A DNA stretch of 62,792 nt, filler included, from Hausera hauseri (GCA_046269625.1; 12 parts of 12 records of this genome joined end to end with filler, not necessarily neighbours in it), one strand, 5' to 3'. Shown: positions 36,701 to 49,928, numbered from the whole stretch's first letter. Numbers and translations: made by a program. The notes: generated by a model from the sequence alone, not told the origin.

Positions 36701-38880
36701 GTGCAATATTACACCAAATATACAATGGCGTCGATGAACCATTAGAAGTTTATTCCTGAAAGCTCACGCAACCGGAAAGCTAATACTCAACATTTGATCG
36801 TAAACTCTTGGCTGTAGTTCTAGCGGTAAAGCATTTCAAGCACTTGCTTCTTTCACGTCAATTTACCATCGAAACCGACCGTAAGCCTCTACTTCACATA
36901 ATGACTTTGAAACAGCCCTCACCCAGACAAAAACGTTAGATATCATACTTGTAAAAGTTTAGTTTTTACATGAAATATATTTCAGGCACCGAAAATTTAA
37001 TAGCGGACTTTCTTTCGCAGTCGGTTAACTCAATTACCTTTCAGCCAATTTTCTCCCCTGAGATCCTGAGAAACAATCAGCCATTATCTGATAATCTTCA
37101 AGCTTTTATATCTGTTAAAATCATCGATGGCATTGCTTATGACACTTCTAACTCGACCAACAAGAAAATCATTCTTGCTCCATTGCTACAAAAGACAGCT
37201 TTCAATCACTTTCACTCTCTTCATCATTTGGGTTCAAAAGCCACATTTCGACTACTGCAACGCCACGGTGTATGGCCAACTATGCATACCAATGTACAGA
37301 TCTGGGTCAAGGAATGTGCAGCATGTCAACAATACAAGGTTCATAAACATCTCAAACCACTACTCTATCACTTCCCTGACACTTCTCGTTTTGAAACCGT
37401 GCATTTAGATCTTGTGGGTTCTCTACTTACCGATAACTGCTATCAATATATTTTATCCATGATGGGTTGAGCTTCGCGCTGGCTAAAAGCCGTTTCGCTT
37501 CGATCAACCAAAATTGACTCAGTAGCAGATGCATTTATCAAGATATAAGTCAGCCGTTTTGGTTTATCACGTTACATCATAACGGTCCAAGGTCCACAAT
37601 ATGAAGCTGATCTTTTCCAATCGCTTGTGAAGCACTTGAGGATAGCCCATCTCCATACGACGCCGTACCATCTCCAAGCAAATGGTTTTCTCGAGAAATT
37701 TCATCGCACCATGAAGATTTCATTAAAAATCCTGGCAAGGAACAATCATAACTGGACCTCAATTCTTCCTCTTGTCCTACTCGGTTGAAGCAATAGGCCA
37801 TATACCACCACAGGCTGCGCTCCAGCTAAGGCTCACTTTGAGACACCAGTTCGTGCACTATTTGAGCTTTCGAATCTCGATGAAACTCCGTCAGATAAAA
37901 TTATTCTTGTGGCACAGTCCCACTTTGCTATTGTCAACTCGAATGCCTTCTGTCGTCTTATAAATAAAGAAAAATCTTATATTCCAGAGGACTTATACTG
38001 AGCCAAGTTTGTATGGCTGAAGGATCCGTCACCTTCTGGTTTTTGGCCTCAATACGTTGGACTTTACAAACTACTCAATCACTCTTCACACACTGCTACT
38101 ATTTTACGCAAGTACAAACCCTATAATGTATACATTTCTAATCTTAAGCCAGCCTTCTTCCTTGACGATGACCAGGATAACAGCCCTGTTGCAAATCCCA
38201 ACTTTAACTTCTCTACTCTCGAGCCATCATATAATTTCCTTGATGATTTTAATCCTTCGCAGCATTCACTCTCGCGTCACAATCAGCTCTCTTCACTTCC
38301 GTCATCATCCACTGCTTCCTCACTATCTGCCTCTCCGTCATTGCCTGAACATTCACTACTCATTTCACATTTATCTCGCGATTCACTGCCATCTCCAGTT
38401 TCGTCTTCTTTACGTGATCCTTTTATTTTTTCAGCTTCTTCTCCATTTTTATCTCATCATGAGGCATCCTCCCAGAACACCACAAAACCCACGTATTCTC
38501 TAGCTCAAACAACTTCACAAGCTCCAGTAACATCTAACAGGTCACACCAAGTGACATTTAGCACTTACAGCAGGGAAAAGTTCATAGATGGGGTCCAACG
38601 CCTAACACGGACCAAAACCGAAGAGGTACAAGTTCTTCTTCTTTCTACTATAATCTTCATTTATTCTTCTCTTTATAGTCTTAATATGGCCACGGAGGCA
38701 ATGATGTGGTACCGTGGTCACCGGCATAGCTCGTTTCCTCAGAGGCGAAAGTTAAACTTCAAGCGGAAATTTCAATCTCTTAGACTCGTTCATGATCGTC
38801 TATCAAATCGTTTATCAAATCAAACAATGAAGGACTATTGTAAGGTTCCACCTTACAAAAAAGGGGAAAAAAGGAAATAA
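33709..38880 (+). mobile_element. Ty3/gypsy CsRn1-like element: UBL-gag-PR-RT-RH-IN, decayed, with start of the 3' LTR near 38705
   Basis: Gag CHCC motifs, protease FLRDSGAAFS, RT WASPLHVV..YRPCGEYR..MPFGL..YIDD, RNase H LTANAST, integrase H..H..C..C, VHLDLVG, VGLYKL..ISNLKPAF. Confidence 0.9.
33730..33957 (+). other. Putative ubiquitin-like domain ending LRIRGG, N-terminal to Gag
   Basis: HNGLTLLSSDSLSSFAFEKHSMILTILLRIRGG aligns with ubiquitin [32 protein letters not shown]. The N-terminal half is divergent. Confidence 0.6.
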
Positions 38881-39464
38881 AAATAAATCATACCAAACAT
38901 GTTAAATAAATTCCGACACTAACAACAAAATTTAAAATAAAATTTAAAATCCACACACCCAATAAAATTTACAAAACAATAATATCACTCCATTTTTACT
39001 GTTTCCATATTTCATTAATTACTTGATAAATGCTGATCATAAATATCACAAAAAATGCTAACGAAAAATTAAACTTTTAATTAAGCAAGCAAACAACACT
39101 TCAGATGAATAACAAAAATCGGGTAACCTGAAAATAACAATATAAAATCACGAGTTCGCTAAACATCAAAAAAAAATTTTATTAAATTTCCCACACGAAA
39201 AATAAAAGCGAAAAGGGGAATTGCAAGTGCTAGGGCAATCAGCACTTGTAGCCAACGAAAAAATCACAAAATAAAATCTGTGGATTTAAACTCATTTGTT
39301 TAAATCCACAGTTTAAAAGTAGGGAGAAATTATTCAAAAAGAAAACTCTTCAAAAAAAGAAACTNNNNNNNNNNNNNNNNNNNNNNNNNNNNNNNNNNNN
39401 NNNNNNNNTTAATTAATTAANNNNNNNNNNNNNNNNNNNNNNNNNNNNNNNNNNNNNNNNNNNN

Positions 39465-40230
39465 ATAGATATTGGAATTATTCCGGAGGAATCAAATCGA
39501 ATAGTAACTATAATTACCGACGAACAAACAAAAGACGAGGCTGTAAGGAAAGCGAGAGCTGAACATTGCGTAGGACGCATTATGGGAATCCGAGACTCTG
39601 TCATGCATTTTGACTACCTCCAAAGTCAGGAAGATAAGGAACAATACGATAAGAATCTAGTACCGACTAGCGAAGCAATACCAACTGAGCCGAAACAGAA
39701 ACGTGCAGTTGGAAGGCCGAGGAAAATAAGAGATGATATTGACCAAAGTGTAGCCCTGATACGAGAACTAAGACAACTATCCATGCCCGCGATTAACTCC
39801 GATAGCGAAGAATTAAACGAGCTGCTGAGAAACATTATAAAAAAAGTGAACTATTCGGGGCCAAGAAACGAGATGTTAAATGAAGAAGAAAGGGCAATTT
39901 ACGACGCAGCAAGGATAATGAGAACATTTCGGTTCAAAATGAACAAAAGCAACTTACCTGACGAAGTTTTAATCGAGAAAATTATGGTAGGGAACACTAA
40001 GGAAGAATTAAGGAAAGTAATATTATACTTGGCAATAAAAACAAATCCCCTAAAGGAAAATTAATTCAATAGAACCATTAGATTGATCAGAAAAGCTGCT
40101 AGGAAGATACGTAGAGAGATAAATTGGCCAAAGCTATTTGACAACAAAGATCGAAACAGACCGACCGCTAGAATTGAAGATGTGGTAAGAAATTTAATAA
40201 CAACTAACTCAGCGCGAGATAGTGAATCGA
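39465..40230 (+). pseudogene. N-terminal part of C9 ORF1, unknown helical region with an AT-hook (GRPRK)
   Basis: Same frame as the downstream glycoprotein, with one stop at 40062. 5' end cut by the contig edge. Confidence 0.6.
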
Positions 40231-42152
40231 ATTGGGTGATTAAATTAATAACACTTATAATGTTAATAAGACAACTCGGTACAATCACGGTATATGACTG
40301 TGATAAGTTTAAAATAGGTCAAAAATATTCCCTGATGGACCTGGAGTTGTTTGAGGATGCCAGACCCCACAAGTTAATAACCATTGAGAAAAAGTATTTC
40401 TTGTATCAACAACGCGAACTAATCTCAATAGATGGGATAGAATGTATGTTACGACGATCGCGAAGCATTTTTCACTGTGGAAATATGCACGGGTGTTCGT
40501 CAGTAGTAAAACCAACGACATCGCTAATTCCTATGGATTTAGATCGCCAACAATGCAAACAAGCCAGGGAAACAGGAAGATTGAGATGGGATGGGATGGA
40601 GTTAGAAGCCCAACCAGGAAAGATAATTCGAGTATATAAAGTAGCAATTGGGAAATTAGATATTCCCACCGGATACTGTAAAAGGGGTGAGTATGATACA
40701 GGAAAAAGAAGAGAAGCAGGAATAGTAGTGGTCGATTTCTATGAGACAGAAATGAGGAACTAAAAGGTGATGTTCCATAGTGTTACAAAAACATATACCG
40801 AGAACCAGAAATATCATATTCAAGATGGTGCCTGTACTTTCCGAAATTCGATAGTTATTTGCACCCCATCACCTATGAACGATTGTAACTTTATTAAAAT
40901 ACAAGAAATAAATTTTAATGAAACAATAGGAAAAAGATATGTAGAAACAACTGACAATAATGCCAGATCAAGGAAGGACGTAGCTGAACAGTCCACACCC
41001 ACGATATTGATCTCCGAGGATCACGGGTTAAAGTTCATTAAGAAGCAAATGCTTTCTCGATGTAATGTAGTAATGTATGCCACCAATTATGAAGCATTCG
41101 TCGTAGCAGAAGCTGCAATAACTACTTTTGTCCTGGAAACACAAGTTTTAAGAATAGATTACTTAAAGAATAGAGATGATTACTTCTATTATAAAGGGCA
41201 AATTGGACTAGCAGAATTATATCACAAGGTGATCGCAAATGACTGTAAATTGGGTATGGAAATCATGAGGACCAATCTATCCTTAATATACTCAAATCCA
41301 AAACTAGCATCGCCCGTAATTCCAATGAAAGAAGGCATTTTCGGAAGAGTTACCGGGGAAGTATTGTTGACCTATGAATGTGAAAAACGGGACGTGTCCA
41401 TAAACGTAGAGGAAAACCGTTGTATTCAAGAATTGCCAGTCATATATCAGAACGTACCTCGATTGGCTATGCAGTTTACAAGAGTTTTGCTAGAAAACCC
41501 GACACAGTCAACAATTTTGAAAGAATGCAAATCAGGTTTAGGGGAACCTACGTTTAATAGAAGTGAGACAGATTGGATAAGTCTGACAAATGGAAGAATA
41601 ATAGTTACACTTGGCAGATTTATCAGAACAAATTCACTAAGGGGAATAACAGACGATAAGTTCGCCGACACTGCAGGTAAAGGGATTTAAAGACCAAAGG
41701 AAATTGAAGCTTTCAGTCAATTCCTAGCCTTCCCTCGACAGCGTACACATGAGCTAAATAGATCCATGTCAACGGTGATGGATGACACTCGCTACCAAGC
41801 AAAATGTGAATCCCTACTCGGCGTTAATCATTATTAAAGAGTCACTACAGAAATACTATGTAAAATCTGGGGATGATTTTTAATTTTCGAACAAGCTGCA
41901 TCAGGATTTTTAGCCATCTACTTCTTGGTACAACTCGTAAAAGGTATAATTCAATCTATTATAAATGGCTATGAAATGTTTACCCTGACCGGATTTTTAT
42001 GCAAAATTTTGACCGCAATCACAACGCAGTTTGGAAAATTTTTTGAAGGCCTACGAAGAAAACAAATGGAAAAGCGACGTGGAGACACGTTGGTTAATAT
42101 AATCGAAAACAAAAGGGAAAACATATATTTTTTATGGGACAAAGAAACATAA
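40231..42152 (+). pseudogene. env: Chuvirus/herpes-gB-like class III envelope glycoprotein (in-frame stops only)
   Basis: Signal peptide then VYDC; C..HCG.MH..SVV; C..ARETG; GEVLLTYEC; CIQELPVIY.N..TRVL; GI*RPKEIEAF..FP; KIWG*FLIF..SGFLAIYFLVQLVKGII..IINGY (TM region). Confidence 0.85.
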
Positions 42153-45100
42153 AATTTCGAAAAAACGATTCGAATGATGATGAGCCTAAGGGAGCAGACG
42201 CGATCTCCAAGATACACAATCGCAAGACGTTTACGCCGTCTTTTCCCATGTTGCCCCCTTCGGCGCCGCAATACGAAGACAGCAATAAGAGATCTATTAA
42301 CTCATACAGTTCGGAAATTTATCGAAAGCCTTTCAGTTACGAAGATCCCTATGATGGGGCAAAACAATACGGTGTGTTACGAAAGATGTACCGAATTAAA
42401 GAAAGATCTGAATCATGCCGCCAGCTGGGAGATGATCACAAAATGATATACTCCCCAAGGATTTCACGGAATATAGAAACTAAATCATCAAATTGGGATA
42501 ATCCACGAATGCCATCTTTCCATAGTACAAACAATCGAGAATCGTTAATTAATACACAAGAACGGGATAACGAGAACGGCATAAATAATGGATTATATCC
42601 CATTGAAGAACTAAGGCAAGTAGTCGAAAATACGGTACCCGAAAATAGTATAAATGGGTACATGATATCCGTCGTTAGACAACCTAAGATAAAAGAAGAT
42701 AGACCTTTCACCAAAATTAGTATCGACGATTGGGAAGTATATGCACTAGTAGATACCGGATCGGAAAAATCATTCATAAAGAACGGATCGATACCAAAAG
42801 CACTACCGAATCAGCTACGTCTACCACTAGCAACTGATCCCTGAAGTGTAGGAGCTTTCGGACAAGAATTGAGACCAAAATTTAAATGGAACCTTAATCT
42901 TAAGATAATGGGACAAACTATCCAACACGATATATTGCGAGGTTTACCAAATATTGCATTAGATTTGAATACCTCAAAGTTAATCGAGCTTGAACCCATA
43001 AGAGTGACCAAGATTAATAAAGAAAGAGAATCCGGAGAAGTATGGATTCCGGTCGACGAGAACAATCCGCCTAGAACGGAATTTTTGATATTCGCGCAAA
43101 TCTGTCAAGACGATGATTTGCCAGTATAATTTGAGACGAAGGAAACGCTAAATCCAAGTATAATATTGAGCAACGTACTGACCCGAGTAGTATCCGGTCG
43201 AATACCCGTAAGAATAGTAAATAATTCTCAAATTCCAGTAAGGTTATAATCTAACACTACTCTAGGGCATACCTGCAAGGTATCAGCAATAACGGTTGAA
43301 GAGAAACCGTATAAATACCCTGAATTTCCAACACACGTCGATAGTAAATTTTCACCAGAGGCTTATTGTCAATTTTACGAATTGTTATGTCGATATATAT
43401 CAATTATTGCGAAAGACGAAGAAGACATTGGCCGAGCAAAGGCATTAAAGTTAACTATATCGCTTAAGAAAAAGCCTTGTTCCAACGACGAGATCGATCT
43501 CGAAGAGCAGGAAATGCCGAAATGGTATCCGCCGCCACATTCCTTCAAACCAGAGATAACCAAGGAGGTAGAACGAATGCTCAAAGCAGATATAATCCGA
43601 CCAAGTTTCAGATCATGGTATTCACCTCTCTTTTTGGTTAAAAAGAAGGGTACCATGAAACATCGAGTTTGTATCGATTATAGTGTTAAATACTCTCATG
43701 ATGAAAGATTCTTTTCCCTTACCATCTTTGAAAGAGGCTCCGGATAGGCTCTCCGGAGCAAAATGGTTCACCACCCTGGACTTGCAATCCGGATATTGGC
43801 AAGTAGATTGAGGATGAAGATCGTTATAAAACAGGGTTTAAAACTCATGATGGCGTATATGAATTTAACGTTATGCCATTTCGAATTACCAATGGACCAG
43901 CCATATTTATTAGTATGATGAATAAAATGCTAACGGGACTTAACCATGCATTTGCGTACTTAGATGACGCAATGATTGCATCAAAAGACGAAAAAGGGCA
44001 TCTGAAGGATATTGAGGACACTCTTATAAAATTAGAACAGGCCGGGTTGAAACTGAACCCAAAGAAATATAAATGGGCTCAAAACGCCGTATCCTGCCTT
44101 GGCCATATAGTTGGTGACGGAGGATCAAAACCCGGCAAATCATAATTGAATAAAATTTCAGACTGTGTGGAACCTCAGAACCAAAAAGAACTGATACATT
44201 AGTTAGGTCTACGTGGATATTATGCTATCTACGTACGGATAACTCAAACATCAATGCGCCATTATACCGATTATTAAAAAAGGGAAGGAAATGGAGATGG
44301 ACCGATGTTGAACAAAAGGCGTTCGACGAAATAAAGATAGTAACTAGCAAGCCGGTACTGAGATATCTGACTTTAACTTACCGTTTATTATTAAAATAGA
44401 CGCAAGTAAAGAAGGTATCGGATATGAATTGGCACAGAAACGCGAAAACGAAGAACTAGAACACCCAATTGCTTATTGAGGACGCTCTATGAAGAAGGCA
44501 GAGAAAAACTATTCAGTGACAGAACTAGAAATGTTAGCAGTAAAAGAATCCTTAAGGCATTTTAATGTTTGCGTATATCAACAGAAGATAATAATAGTAC
44601 CGCTCACAAGGCAGTTAAAACTTTAAAGGGACGAGCAAACAACCCTACGTGTAGGCTGAATAGATGGATTGAAGAGATCTCTAGGTATAATATTGAATTC
44701 CAATATAAACCTGGTGCGAAGCACGTTGATGCAGATGCGTTGTCATGATTAAAAAGGAAAACAAGTGCTATCATGACAATGAAGAAGAACCAGCTCGAAG
44801 AATTAGTAGACCGACAACGGATTTTAGCGCCAGACGGAGAAATGAGAATTTCGAGCGAACAAAAGAAGGATCGAGTTATCCAACAAATCATGGAATAAGT
44901 TCAAACAGACGTAATGCCAAAAGAGCGCCAGTTAAGGAAACATTTACAACGACAGGGACAAAAATATTGTGTCTCCGAGAACAAGAACAATGAAAAAGTG
45001 CTGTATTTCGAATGAAAAGGAAGATAATTAGTAGTCATACCCAAAATTCTACAAACTGAAGTTTTAGTAACCGAACGCGATTCGTATTTGGCAAGACACA

Positions 45101-46334
45101 TGTCCTGGAAGAAGACGTTCGATAGGGCGTTAAACAAATAGTATTGGCCTAGTATATATATTGATGTGAAAAATTGCGTAAGGGCTTGCGAAGTAGGCGC
45201 AACTAAGCAGAGGAAAATGAGGAATTACATAGCAGAGCTGAAACGGATAACTATGCCGGTCAGGTCGATGCAAGCTATGTCATTGGATATCGTAGGACCA
45301 CTTCCCACGACGCACAGAAATAACAGATATAAGCTAACATGCGTCGACCGTTTAACTGACTTCGTGGAGTTAGTAGCGCTATATGATCAGAAAGCAGAAA
45401 CATTAGCCGAAGCCGTGGTAAGGAAAATTATCTGTAGATATGGAGCGCCTGATCAGATACTAACTGATCGAGGGAGAAACTTCACCAGCAAACTATTCCA
45501 TAAAATTACGAAAATATTCGAAATCGAGAGGTTAATTACGACAGCTTACCATCCCCAATGTAAAGGAATGGCTGAGTGTATGAATGCTACTGTAATACGA
45601 ATATTGTCAACCGTAGTCGCGAAAGATCAAAGGATTGGGACGAATTCTTAGAAGGTACACAATTTGTCAACAATACGACACCACACCCCGCGACAGGATT
45701 TACACCATTCTTCGTGATGTATGGACGAGAAGCAGCATTACCTACGGACTTAGGAATAATTGCGTATGAAGCATATCTCGAAGAATTAGAACCAAATTTT
45801 GTAAAAGTTCTACAAATTAGACTGCAAAAATGTTGGGAGATAGCGAAGACGCTATCCTTAGAATACCAAGAAAGATTCAAAAGACAATATGACAAGAAAG
45901 CAAAACAGCACGATTTAAGAAACGGAGATTGGGTCTATGTGTATTACCCCGTAGCTAAAAAGGGTCCATCGTTACAACTCACGCGTGCTGGAAGAAGACC
46001 TTACAAAGTTATCAGAATAACACCCACTACAGTTTATGTTAATAAAAACGGAACGGAAGAAGTCGTGTCAATACAACAAGTAGTGAAAACAGAGATAAAA
46101 CCAAGTAAACAACATCGATTACGTGTAAAAGATACAAAAGCGAACCAGAAAACGAATCACAGGAAAGCCAAGACCTCGTCTATAGTTACCAGACCCATGT
46201 CTTACATACAGATAGTCTTAGCACTATCACTGATAGCTTCATATATTCCGAAAACCACGGCTCAAGGAGGATTGATTCGACAACTAAACAAATGGATGAA
46301 GGATGAATTGATAAGAACAAAAAGAAACGACTAG
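42134..46334 (+). pseudogene. pol: Ty3/gypsy pol (PR, dUTPase-like spacer, RT, RNase H, IN), decayed
   Basis: ALVDTGSEKS; SPLFLVKKK..RVCIDY; FTTLDLQSGYWQV; MPF..YLDD; IDAS; NYSVTELEMLAV; LDIVGPLP; TDRGRNF; TTAYHPQ; RPYKV. Confidence 0.93.
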
Positions 46335-48989
46335 AGCACCTAGAATCGATTCAAGGTCCAAAGTATAGATCCAAGACGAGACCGTGTGCTATTTAATACT
46401 GACGGAGCCGTGAGAAAATCAGTGAACTACCCAGTAGTTCTATGGAACGCGAATAAACGAGTAATGGCCCATTGCGATTTTCCGTATGGAGCTCGAGAAA
46501 GATGTATCATAGATTACGGAAACATTTATACCTTCACAATACGAATGTACTATAAACCTACGAACACAAACAAGGTGCGATAAGACCGCAAGTAAAACTA
46601 GTAATACCCGTCAAAGAACAGATCAATGCAACAGAGCTCGGTGACATAGTACCGTCAACCGACCCAATTAGATGGTATTTCCAAAGATAAGAAAAACAAG
46701 TGTATCCAAATAGATACAAAGGGAAGATTGCCAAACAACCAGGAGATCTCAATTCAATTTACTAAAATAAACGAGTTAAGTCCAGCTCCCAATTACTGTA
46801 GCATCAAGTACAAAGATCTTAGAATCTGTTGTAAAATCTCAGAAGGTTATGAATATAGGATTCATTTTGACCTCTATGGAATTCATATAAATAAACCGAG
46901 CACTTATTTAGGAAGATATTATCCGGACAGTAGAATCTGAAAAATTGTGGTTGGAACAATGACGACGAGACGAACTGTTCTAGTAAGCACTACTGTTAGG
47001 TTTAATACTAAAAAGAGGAGCAAAAAGAAATTACTTAAGATCTCTGTAAAGTGCTGGGCACAGCAACGCAAAATAATATTTTCAGTGGAAGAAAAGCTCA
47101 ACTCTAATATCGAAATAAATTGCCGTACGATGTATAAGAATGTAAAAACGACTTTATTGAAAGGCATATACCACACCGAATGCAACTCATTAGTACCAAA
47201 GACAGAATAATAATACCAATGCATGCAAAAGACCTGCAGAGCCGAACCTTCGCAATACAAACCCTAGAAGAAATACAAAATGCAACATATATAGACAAAA
47301 ACAAGACAAGAAATCACTACAGAGATAACGACTACCAAACCCGAAGGGTTGACTACATTACCCTTAGTAATGATCGTAAGCCTGTCAACCCTTGTACTTA
47401 TAATATGTATCGCGATATTTCGTTTAGTTGCCATAAATTGCCAAACTAAACGCCCTAAAATCATAGAACGGGAATTAAGGGTATTGGGACGCCATGAATA
47501 CGTCTATGATAAAATAACCTGACGATTACAGATCGGGTTATTCTGTCATCAAACAAAGAATTGGTTTTGGTTCAAAACCACACTTATTCATAAGATTAAC
47601 CCTTACTCTTTATTTTTTAGACTCGTGAGTAAAGAGAGAAATACAAAAACAGATACCGGACGACCTAGGATCGACGGATCACGACCTATCCAAGAACAAG
47701 AACAATGTAATATCGATAAATCACCAAAACGCCGACTTAATATTGACGAGTTCTTGCAGAATTACGCTATCATTCTCCGCCCAAATTCGAAATCAATATA
47801 TAGAGAAATGCATAATGAATTGCACGAGAAAACCTTCGTGAAATATGATCAGAACCGTAAAATTCCAAACAATTTAAAAGGTATTACGGAATGAAATAGG
47901 ATTGTTTACCTTTACGCCATGAGAGAAGACAAAGATGCCCGAGCATATTCACTCAAACAGATGATCACGTACGGGAACCGACAAAATATTTCTATCCACC
48001 TGGCAGACGGTGAGATATACTGTCGGTTCAAAGACCAAGAATGGAGCACAAACAACAGAAGACAATATAGATTCAATACTCTTAGCTTACATAGCCAAAA
48101 TTTACAGCATTATGAAATAGAATTCAGAGTAGCCGCCCTTCCCGTAAAATTAATGTTCGAAGTAGTGTACGACGATTACCCCTATATCAAACTGCCACTT
48201 TGAAATTCTGTCAACAATCGTCAGAAAAGGCCTTGGACACATTCGTACAATCGTGTCGACTAGTGGAAGATGCTAGAAATACCAGAATCATAGCAATCAA
48301 TTGTGGAGAAGGAGATGGTGCACAAAGGATCCCAATGGAAGTCTCAGTTCGAGAAACGAACGGAACCGAAGTATATTATATGATTATCAGCCCGAGAAAA
48401 CGCGTTCGCGAGACATACTATGATACGATAGGAATTCGGAAGGAAACACTCTCGAGAGGTAGAGACATAAAAATTGTTCAGGCCGAGTTAGAACATTGTT
48501 TATATTGATATATTATAACTGAATATCTCATCGATAGCATTGTCGAAGTCTTAGAAATACCCATGTCAAGTATCTTAGGAATGCATGAAATAGGGACGCA
48601 CCCAATAGTCGCCGAACAAAGTAAACGAATATTGCGAGAAAGGAATTACCCCGCACCAAAATTTATGGACGCCTATTTCAAATTAATGGTTGATGTCATG
48701 AACAGCGAACATTTTAAAATTAGCAAACTGTTAACCGCAAGTCAACGTACTCACTGCTTGCGCGATATTGACGTAGCTTTAAAGTGGGACCATGAGTGGA
48801 CACCCAATAACCCAGAACAAAATTTACGAAGTACATCCGACCCGGAAACTATAAACAAAAAGCATCGAAAGCAGTATCGTCCGTATTCCCCGTATAGAGT
48901 CGTGGAACCCATGGGACAGGATAATATCAAAATAACTATTCGCAAATCAGATCAATCGTACACCGCTCTGCCAAGCACCAGTTATGGTT
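46198..48989 (+). pseudogene. Post-integrase cargo: signal-peptide-led Cys-containing region, unknown domains and a DEDDh-like exonuclease fold
   Basis: Most ORF fragments (46386, 46728, 46947, 47625, 47919) share the integrase C-terminal frame. MSYIQIVLALSLIASYIPKTTAQ. ISG20/REX4-like segment at 48284-48787. Confidence 0.55.
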
Positions 48990-49334
48990 NNNNNNNNNNN
49001 NNNNNNNNNNNNNNNNNNNNNNNNNNNNNNNNNTTAATTAATTAANNNNNNNNNNNNNNNNNNNNNNNNNNNNNNNNNNNNNNNNNNNNCCTTCAGGCTT
49101 CCTTATTATGACCTCTCCTTTTTAAAAAGATAAATTTCTCCTAGAAATATCTTTTTCATACTATAGTATTAACTTGTAGCTTTACTTTTAATGTATCCAT
49201 ATGTATACAACAACGTACTGCTAAGTCTATGTGTCCTCAGTCTTTACATATAATCTATTTATAAAACTCTATAAGTTATTTTCTGTCTTAATCAATATTA
49301 GGTACTATATTTGGAAATTTGTAATACATAGGAT

Positions 49335-49377
49335 ACTTAAACTTTCTCATACTAATTTAGTATGAGAAAGTTTAAGT
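49335..49377. repeat. Perfect palindrome with 21-bp arms and a 1-nt centre
   Basis: ACTTAAACTTTCTCATACTAA-T-TTAGTATGAGAAAGTTTAAGT. Confidence 0.95.
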
Positions 49378-49928
49378 TTAACAATTTTCTTTAAGGACTT
49401 CTCGCTTATCAATTTCGATATTAAGAACCTTATACTTAAATGTGTTTTCATGTCAAATGAAATTTCCTTTTGAGTTTGCTTTCATGTCAAATTAGATTTC
49501 CTTTTAAGGGGAACATTACCAATCCTATTTGATTTTGTATATGTCTCTACGGTTTTATCTCTTTTGTTAGCGAATCATTTTTCCTTGTTGCCTTACTGCT
49601 ACAATCATTGACTACTATTCCTTCCGTTTTCTATAATCACTTCTGCTTCCTCTCGCATGTGACTATTTAGTATTTACAACTCGTCTGTATTCATCTGACG
49701 CAACTCTCTGAAGTCATTTCAAAAGCTATCTGGTACCGTGTTTTGAGACCGGCAAACATTCTACTTAATTGCAACTTTACGTGGCTGCATTCTGTCCGTA
49801 GACTGCATTGTCTGTTTAAGGTCGGCTGTATGACTTCTTCTTTGTGACTATGAACTCTCCGCTTTGCAATGTTTTCGCCACGTTGAATGACAGTCTTTAT
49901 GCTGTTTCACTAAGCCTTGTGGACCGGT

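Noticed and set aside
39465-48989. Alternative genetic code explaining the in-frame stops in C9
   Set aside because: TAA, TGA and TAG all occur at positions implying different residues, alongside frameshifts. This is ordinary pseudogene decay.
49335-49377. 43-bp perfect palindrome as a functional hairpin or telomere
   Set aside because: Isolated and AT-rich; most likely a template-switch or repair product.
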